DNA of 64,000 bases from a bacterium (GTDB lineage: Bacteria > Electryoneota > JAOADG01): the NCBI GenBank assembly GCA_963681965.1, contig OY820579.1, positions 3,488,001-3,552,000 on the forward strand, written 5' to 3'. The position numbers were made by a program, and so were the translations under genes. Of the stretch, positions 56,582 through 64,000 are shown one piece after another (positions within the stretch are counted from its first letter, which is position 1; every line of letters begins with the position of its first letter). The notes beneath the pieces were generated by a model. That model was not told the origin of the DNA. It saw only the letters and a program-made list of their open reading frames with translations, and did no database searches.

Positions 56582-57601
56582 ATGAAATTCTTACGTACTG
56601 TTTGCATCCTGCCAATTCTTTTGATACAGTTGCTCCTTAGCGGCTGTCCCGCTGAACATAGTTCAGGACATACGCAAGGGGATCGCAATCAATTTTTTGA
56701 CGATCTAGCAAACAGCGGTTACGATCTCCAGATCATCGATTATAGTCAGAATGGTGACGATGGTTCCGCCTATACTCGCGGTGAAGTCGATTTGATGAAA
56801 TACCGCGGCAACTGTCTGGTCGTTGCGACTCTTTCTCTCGGAGTGGCAGAATCAAACCGGTTCTACTGGCGAGCGGAATGGGATGCCAATCGCGACGGTA
56901 TACCCGACTCTGCAGCGCCTTCGTGGTTAGTCCGTGAGTTTTCACCGGGACGCTGGTTGGTTCGGTACTGGGATCCTGCTTGGAAAGCTTTGATCTACGG
57001 TCACACCGATTCTTACCTATCCCGAATTTTGCAAGCAGGTTACTCCGGGGTGTATCTTACCGGGTTAGATACTTCGCGACAGCAGATTGGCGTAGCAAAT
57101 GCCAATACTTTGCTGAAACAGGCGATTGTAGAATTGTGCGATAGTGTGCATACCTGGCAACCCGGGATGTTCGTCATCGGTCAAAACATGGGCAACCTGA
57201 CGACATTTCCCGATTTAGTCGAGCGAATCGACGGTGCGGCACAGGATGCGATGTTTTACGGTTACAATAACGGCGATGGAATTGCAGTACCGGATCAGAT
57301 CCGGTCGCAGAATTATGCGTCGCTATCGCTATTCACAAGTCCGACCAAGATTATGATCGCAATCGATTACCCGTTTCAGGGATCGCGCGATCGGGCATTT
57401 TACGATACGTACTCGATGCCGATCATTTCGGATGGACGCAATCTGGCGCGAAGTTTGGGGCTGAAATATTATCCCGGGGTTCGGAATCTCGACGATGTAA
57501 CGATCATACCCGGCGCGGAACCGACAGCGAATGCATCGCCGATTTATTTGCTGAGTCAGGTGAATGAAGTTTGCGTAATGCTACATCCCGGACCGCGATA
57601 A
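56582..57601 (+). CDS. GH114-like (MJ1477/TM1410-type) lipoprotein with altered catalytic motifs
   Basis: Lipobox LSG-C; YDLQIIDY, LSLGVAE..RFYW, VRYWDPAWK, YL.RILQAGYSGVYL, VIGQN. Confidence 0.7.
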   Translation: MKFLRTVCILPILLIQLLLSGCPAEHSSGHTQGDRNQFFDDLANSGYDLQIIDYSQNGDDGSAYTRGEVDLMKYRGNCLVVATLSLGVAESNRFYWRAEWDANRDGIPDSAAPSWLVREFSPGRWLVRYWDPAWKALIYGHTDSYLSRILQAGYSGVYLTGLDTSRQQIGVANANTLLKQAIVELCDSVHTWQPGMFVIGQNMGNLTTFPDLVERIDGAAQDAMFYGYNNGDGIAVPDQIRSQNYASLSLFTSPTKIMIAIDYPFQGSRDRAFYDTYSMPIISDGRNLARSLGLKYYPGVRNLDDVTIIPGAEPTANASPIYLLSQVNEVCVMLHPGPR

Positions 57602-57661
57602 CCAAGTTTCACTGCGGCTGTTGCCGCGACCGAAAAAAACTTTTTTATACCGAGAAAATAA

Positions 57662-58681
<1,020 letters not shown>

Positions 58682-58719
58682 ACTTTACTAGATCATCATG
58701 AATCAACCTTATATTTACG

Positions 58720-58746
58720 AGGGCGTAGGCATACGCCCTTTTTTTT
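58720..58746 (+). terminator. Intrinsic terminator
   Basis: AGGGCGTA-GGCA-TACGCCCT followed by a T run. Confidence 0.8.
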
Positions 58747-59002
58747 GTAGCCGCAGGCTTCAGCCTGCGGTTCGTTTTTTGTTTTTTGTTTGTTGAATCT
58801 TGTATCTCTTATCCTGTATCCTTTGTCCTGTAGTAGGAGCGGCTCCTCGCATCCGCTCATCGTTAATTGGGACACAAGAGGAGTCGGAATAAATTCCGAC
58901 CTACTGAAGTGGATCGCAGGATCGGAAGCCTTCGTCACCAAAGACAGATACAAGAAATGGTCAGAACAAGTTCTGACCTACGGAAAAGAAGATGCACGCA
59001 GA
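58747..59002. repeat. Composite intergenic REP array
   Basis: Family A 58747-58769; heptamer tract; F variant 58833-58858; C 58883-58904; E 58959-58981 plus tail. Confidence 0.88.
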
Positions 59003-59236
59003 CTTTTAACTGCGATTTTCATTAATTTTATCTTTCCTAACCCGACCCTCCACTACCTACCAACCAGATGGTTTCCCATTCAGCAGCATTCTTACTCCGG
59101 TTAATCCTTCGATACTTATCTATTCAATCTTGCGAAAAATAATCGCTCTTTCATTTTTTCATTAACCAAGCGAATAACGGTTTGCTATATTGATACATTG
59201 AATTGACTCAATTTCATCCATTATTCGGGAGCGAAA

Positions 59237-59692
59237 ATGTTAAAAGAATTCAAAGAATTCGCAATGCGCGGCAATGTCGTCGATATGGCAATCGGTTTGG
59301 TGCTCGGTGCCGCATTTGGCACGATCGTCTCGTCGCTGGTCTCCGATGTGCTGATGCCGCCGCTCGGGTTGCTGGTCGGCAGCCTCGACTTCTCCAGCCT
59401 GTTCATGGTATTGAAGGATGGCGTGAAAGATGCCGGACCGTATGTCACCATTGAAGCTGCGAAAAACGCCGGTGCCGTCACTCTGAACTATGGTATGTTT
59501 GTCAACCGGATTATCAATTTCATCATCGTCGCCTTCCCGATTTTCCTGCTCGTTCGAACGATGAACAATATGAAGCGAAAAGAAGCGGCAAAAATCGGCG
59601 AACCGACGACCAAAGAGTGCCCGCACTGCCTGTCGAGCATTCCAATTAAAGCGACAAAATGCGGTTTTTGCACGTCCGAACTGAAGGGTTGA
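59237..59692 (+). CDS. mscL: Large-conductance mechanosensitive channel with a C-terminal Zn ribbon
   Basis: MLKEFKEFAMRGNVVDMAIG, NYG.F...IINF; tail CPHC..IPIKATKCGFC. Confidence 0.95.
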   Translation: MLKEFKEFAMRGNVVDMAIGLVLGAAFGTIVSSLVSDVLMPPLGLLVGSLDFSSLFMVLKDGVKDAGPYVTIEAAKNAGAVTLNYGMFVNRIINFIIVAFPIFLLVRTMNNMKRKEAAKIGEPTTKECPHCLSSIPIKATKCGFCTSELKG

Positions 59693-59911
59693 TCCGGCAT
59701 CAAAGCGAGATTATTTACAATTCCTTGATTAATCAATAAATACCAGTAAATCAACAAGGAACCCTCGGTTCATTTACCCAACCCATCGGTTGGGTTCCGA
59801 GTTGCCTAACTTCACTTAGTTTTCGTATTATACGAGGCTAATTGGATCTCACCGAAAACTGGTTTCGCGACCACCGGTCTGCGACGATTTACTGTTTTGT
59901 TTGGAGTTGGA

Positions 59912-60643
59912 ATGTCCGGTCACTCGAAATGGGCAACCATTAAACGGAAGAAGGCTGCAATTGACGCGGCACGTGGACAAACGTTCACTCGCGCCATCCG
60001 GGAATTGACGATCGCCGCTCGCGAAGGTGGCAGCGCTCCCGAAAACAACCCCCGGCTGCGTCGCGCAATCGATACTGCCAAAGCCTCCAACATGCCTGCC
60101 GACAATATCACCCGCGCGATCAAGAAGGGCGCTGGTGAATTGGAAGGGGTACGCTACGAGGAAATCTGTTATGAAGGGTATGCTCCGGGTGGCACTGCGG
60201 TGTTGGTAGAAGTTCTGACCGACAATCGCAATCGCACCGTCAGCGAAATCCGTCATATCTTCACCAAGCGGAATGGTAATTTGGCGGAAAGTAACGCCGT
60301 AGCGTGGATGTTCGAACGCAAAGGCATCATCATGATCGAAAGTAGCGTCGACGAAGACAAATTGATGGAAGTGGCGCTGGAAGCTGGTGCGGAAGATGTC
60401 CAAGGGGAAGACGGCGAATTCGAAGTCACTACAGCACCGTCGGATTTGGAAACCGTTGTAGCAGCATTGGAAAAAGCCGGCATCAAATTCGAATCGGCGG
60501 AATCGCAACGTGTCGCCGCAAATAAAGTGACGGTACAGGGCAACGAAGCGAAATCCTTGATCGGTCTGCTCGATACCTTGGAAGAACACGACGACGTCCA
60601 GAAAGTCTGGAGCAACGCCGATATCGTGTACGACGAAGACTAA
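59912..60643 (+). CDS. yebC: YebC/PmpR-family protein
   Basis: MSGHSKWATIKRKK, NPRLR, YEGYAPGG, TDNRNRT, DDVQ.V.SN. Confidence 0.95.
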   Translation: MSGHSKWATIKRKKAAIDAARGQTFTRAIRELTIAAREGGSAPENNPRLRRAIDTAKASNMPADNITRAIKKGAGELEGVRYEEICYEGYAPGGTAVLVEVLTDNRNRTVSEIRHIFTKRNGNLAESNAVAWMFERKGIIMIESSVDEDKLMEVALEAGAEDVQGEDGEFEVTTAPSDLETVVAALEKAGIKFESAESQRVAANKVTVQGNEAKSLIGLLDTLEEHDDVQKVWSNADIVYDED

Positions 60644-60668
60644 TTCATTCGATCAGTATTCTAATTTT

Positions 60669-60697
60669 GTAGGGGCGATGATTCGCCCCCTTTTTTT
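60669..60697 (+). terminator. Terminator formed by a GTAG-capped REP-like hairpin
   Basis: GTAGGGGCGATGATTCGCCCC followed by T7. Confidence 0.65.
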
Positions 60698-60873
60698 CGC
60701 TTATTTCTTCATCCACCACGCGATGCCGGATCGGCAGTACACGCACCTGTCTGTATTCTCAAGCACCAATTCCCATTCTCCAATTTCCAATCCGATGCAG
60801 ACTGCAGATTTCCGCTATATATTAAGTGACCATAGAAAAATCGATGGGTCGGAATAATGCTGGAGGAACATAC

Positions 60874-61899
60874 GTGCGTATCGTCGTATTAATGGGTGGC
60901 GAATCGGTAGAGCGACGAGTGTCGCTGGCTTCGGGTGAAGCTGTAGTGGCGGGTCTCGAACGATTGGGACATCAAGTATATAAAATGGATCCAGTCTATC
61001 CCGAACAGTGGGTTACTGCAGACCGTCCGTTATTGACTGGTGTCGTCGGTGAAACCCCGCCGGAGAATCTCGCGGACCTTCCACCGGCAACTCCGCAGCG
61101 ATTGGGTCGCTTACTCGAAACGATTGCCTCGCTCGCGCCGGATGTGGTATTTCCCATTTTACACGGTGGAACCGGCGAAGACGGTACATTGCAGGGGCTC
61201 TTGGAGTGGGCGAAAATTCCTTTTGTCGGATCATCATCGACAACGTGCAAGATTGCGATGAACAAAGCAGTTTCGAAGCGATTGTTTGCCGAAGCGGGAA
61301 TTCCCACACCGGAATGGTTGTTCTACAAGTATCATGAGATCGTTTCACCGAAACAGATCGACGAAGATATCGTCGAGACCTTCGGATACCCATGTGTGGT
61401 GAAACCGAATTGCGGCGGGTCGACCGTGGGAATGAGTATTGTCAAATCGATGAATGAATTGCCGGAAGCAATCAAACAGGTGCGATTGCAAAACGACGAT
61501 ATTCTGATTGAACAATTCATCGAGGGTCGCGAATTGACGGTTGCACTGGTTGCCGATCAAGTACTGCCGGTCGTAGAGATCTGTCCGAAGGGGGGATTCT
61601 ACGATTATCGCTCGAAGTACACTGCCGGAAATACCGAGTACCTTTGCCCGGCACCGATCGATGAAGCGACGACCGAAGCGGCGCAGCAACTGGGGTGGGA
61701 TGTGTGGGAATGCCTGATGGCACACGGCTTCGGACGTTCCGATTTCCGACTCGCACCCGACGGCGAATTGTACTGTCTGGAGTTAAATACCCTGCCCGGT
61801 ATGACCGCGCTATCGCTCGTACCGAAAGCAGCGGCGGCAATCGGGATGGATTTCGATGCATTAATGACCAAGATTTTAGAGACGGTCAAGCATCCGTAA
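60874..61899 (+). CDS. ddl: D-alanine--D-alanine ligase
   Basis: GGES.ER.VSL.SG, LHGG.GEDG..QG, KP..GGST, YDY..KY, ELNTLPGMT; GTG start after GGAGG. Confidence 0.95.
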   Translation: MRIVVLMGGESVERRVSLASGEAVVAGLERLGHQVYKMDPVYPEQWVTADRPLLTGVVGETPPENLADLPPATPQRLGRLLETIASLAPDVVFPILHGGTGEDGTLQGLLEWAKIPFVGSSSTTCKIAMNKAVSKRLFAEAGIPTPEWLFYKYHEIVSPKQIDEDIVETFGYPCVVKPNCGGSTVGMSIVKSMNELPEAIKQVRLQNDDILIEQFIEGRELTVALVADQVLPVVEICPKGGFYDYRSKYTAGNTEYLCPAPIDEATTEAAQQLGWDVWECLMAHGFGRSDFRLAPDGELYCLELNTLPGMTALSLVPKAAAAIGMDFDALMTKILETVKHP

Positions 61900-62002
61900 T
61901 ATAATATACATTATGAACTATATGCTGCGGGCGATTCATCGAGTCGCCCGTTTCGATAATTAATTTTGCCAGAATTTTGTAATCAATATCTGTTCATCAA
62001 TG

Positions 62003-62364
62003 GTAGCGGCGGACTTTAGTCCGCTCTCATTTATTATCGAAGTTGTTAAAGGTATCGCCCAAAGAATCGTTCCCAAACCAACCCAATAAAAATAATTGCG
62101 GACTAAAGTCCGCCGCTACCCCTTCTTTTCCCACCACCAACCACCAAAATACCTCTTCCAATCTTGTATTCAGCGTATGTTTCCTAGCCTGCGAGAATCT
62201 TCTTTTCAGTAGGTCGGAATTTTTTCCGACTCCTTTTAATTTAATAGGGGCGCGAACGCCCGTATCCATTGATGATGCGCTAATAGTTCCGAACTCACGA
62301 TTTCAATATTTGCAATAAATCACAAGATTCAAGAAAAAAAACGCAGGCTGAAGCCTGCGGCTAC
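62003..62364. repeat. Composite intergenic REP array
   Basis: Family D REPIN 62003-62024 / 62098-62119; tail plus C 62188-62230; B-deletion variant around 62245-62278; A 62342-62364. Confidence 0.88.
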
Positions 62365-62436
62365 AGAAAATAAACCCGTAAAAAAAGTCGGACAAAAGCG
62401 TCCGACCTATAACATTAAACATCACCCATATATAAA

Positions 62437-63903
62437 TTAAATCGAAGGTCGCAGTAACTTCTCATAGATATTGCGGAGATAAGACTCTGCCGAATCGGAC
62501 CAGCGGAAACGCGCATTGAAGCCATTCCACTGCAGCTTCGAATAGACGTCCTGCTGATTGTTCCAAAGATCGCGCGCTGTCATTACCGCATTGATCAGAT
62601 TCTTTAACACTTCGTGTTTCGTCGAACCATCGAACCCAAATCCGGTACCGCCGTGGTGAGTATAAGACTTGACTGTATCGACCAGACCACCGCTCCACCG
62701 CACCAGCGGCGGTGTCGCATAACTGAGCGATTCGAGTTGCGTAATTCCGCACGGTTCATACAGACTTGGCATCAGGAAAAGATCGCAACCCAAACTGATC
62801 CGACGCGCTTTCGCGGAATCGAACGCCAGCGTTATCGAGACATTTCCTCGATCGGCATAGCGGGTCAGAAATTGTTCATATTCCGGTAATCCGGTTGTCA
62901 GGATGGCAACGTTCACACCGGGAAGATTGACAATGCGATCGAATACCGTTTTTCCATCGTAGGATTCTACCAGCAGTTTAAATTTCTGCTCGACCGCACG
63001 ACCGACAAAACCAATCAAAAAATTATTGGGATTGATAAATTCATTCGAGAGTGCAAGCTTCATATCGGCTTTTTGTTTAATCGTCTCGTTGAAGGACGAT
63101 TCGCTCGGTTCGGATTTATAGTCGAATCCATTCAGAATACCAAGAAACGCGCCTTCTTTCTGTCTGCGAACCGCCACTTCCTCAAGACCTTTCCCCCCTT
63201 CGAAGTATCGACTCTGGTCTTCGGGAAGCAACAATTCATCGGCATAATGCGGTGAAACCGTATTGACGATATCGGCGAGTTCCATTCCCAACCGAAGCGG
63301 ATTGACACTGTTCCAATTTAGCCGGGGATCGATGAAGTTGTTACCGATAATCGGATCATTTAAAATTTGTTCAATCTTCCAATTGACAATATTGTCCCGC
63401 CAAATATTCCCTTGATAGCCGATATTGTGAATGGTCAATACCCGTTTCTGCGGGAAATTCAGCATCGCCATGCGACCGAATAAGAAACATAACGCCCAAT
63501 CGTTGATATGAACGATGTCGGGATTGATCTCGCGGATGAGCAGTAAGCACGCTTCGCAAAAAAACGAGAAGCGGATGATATCGTCGTAGAATGGAATATC
63601 TTCGCTATGAATATACGGTTCGGGTGAGCTGAAGTAGTGCTGATTTCCCAGCAGATGTACCGGAACCCCTTTTAATTCGGTTCTGTACCGTGTGATCTTT
63701 TCATTGCGTTCGTGAAACTGGAGGAGGTAGTCGCGTACAATCGTCAATTTGAATTCAGATCGTTCCTGCCCATACAGCGGTGTCAGGATTTCGATCTCAA
63801 TCCCTTTTTGTCTTAGTGCCGCTGGTAATTCACTCGCGACATCACCAACACCACCAGCTTTGGAGAACGGTTTACATTCGGCAGAGATGTATAGCACTTT
63901 CAT
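62437..63903 (-). CDS. glgA: Glycogen/starch synthase (GT5)
   Basis: SKAGGVGDV (KxGG), HINDW, TIHNIGYQG, TVSPHYA, GILNG, PSLYEPCGITQL; start MKVLY at 63903. Confidence 0.9.
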   Translation of the reverse strand: MKVLYISAECKPFSKAGGVGDVASELPAALRQKGIEIEILTPLYGQERSEFKLTIVRDYLLQFHERNEKITRYRTELKGVPVHLLGNQHYFSSPEPYIHSEDIPFYDDIIRFSFFCEACLLLIREINPDIVHINDWALCFLFGRMAMLNFPQKRVLTIHNIGYQGNIWRDNIVNWKIEQILNDPIIGNNFIDPRLNWNSVNPLRLGMELADIVNTVSPHYADELLLPEDQSRYFEGGKGLEEVAVRRQKEGAFLGILNGFDYKSEPSESSFNETIKQKADMKLALSNEFINPNNFLIGFVGRAVEQKFKLLVESYDGKTVFDRIVNLPGVNVAILTTGLPEYEQFLTRYADRGNVSITLAFDSAKARRISLGCDLFLMPSLYEPCGITQLESLSYATPPLVRWSGGLVDTVKSYTHHGGTGFGFDGSTKHEVLKNLINAVMTARDLWNNQQDVYSKLQWNGFNARFRWSDSAESYLRNIYEKLLRPSI

Positions 63904-64000
63904 GGCTTGTCTCCGTTTCTGCGCTGGTTGAACAAACAAGTTCTATTGAATAGTACGAGACAAAACGAAATTGTGAGTTGATTTGCACCACATATTTATA

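Noticed and set aside
59600-59692. Zn-ribbon tail on MscL
   Set aside because: CPxC...IP..A.xC..CTS tails are a widespread, known MscL variant.

Overview
Bacterial chromosomal window, about 50% GC, probably from an FCB-superphylum diderm (inferred from a PorV/PorQ-like gene and three proteins with T9SS-type 'YPNPFN' C-terminal sorting domains). It is mostly housekeeping and envelope genes: ECF sigma module, SSS transporter, PMM/PGM, hpnC/hpnD/hpnE squalene pathway, rlmN, glmS, hppD, glgP/glgA, tldD/E, mreCD-mrdA-rodA, pgsB-pgsC-pgsW poly-gamma-glutamate genes, mreB, mscL, yebC and ddl. I found no rRNA, tRNA, CRISPR array, transposase or reverse transcriptase. The most unusual signal is a set of at least eight GTAG/GGAG-capped REP-like palindrome families. 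They form composite intergenic arrays beside accessory secreted-protein genes, and one copy is split by a MITE-like insertion. Copies also sit three times inside the open reading frame of a secreted SBBP beta-propeller protein (12861-15602), where they add new peptide loops, as Rickettsia palindromic elements do. Other candidates are a diderm PGA export module (pgsBCW plus a duplicated-domain periplasmic protein and an outer-membrane barrel), an LVIVD propeller with hypervariable codons, a histone H1-like protein with a treble-clef Zn finger, and a possibly circularly permuted GH114-like pseudo-enzyme. All family assignments come from motif recognition; no database searches were run.
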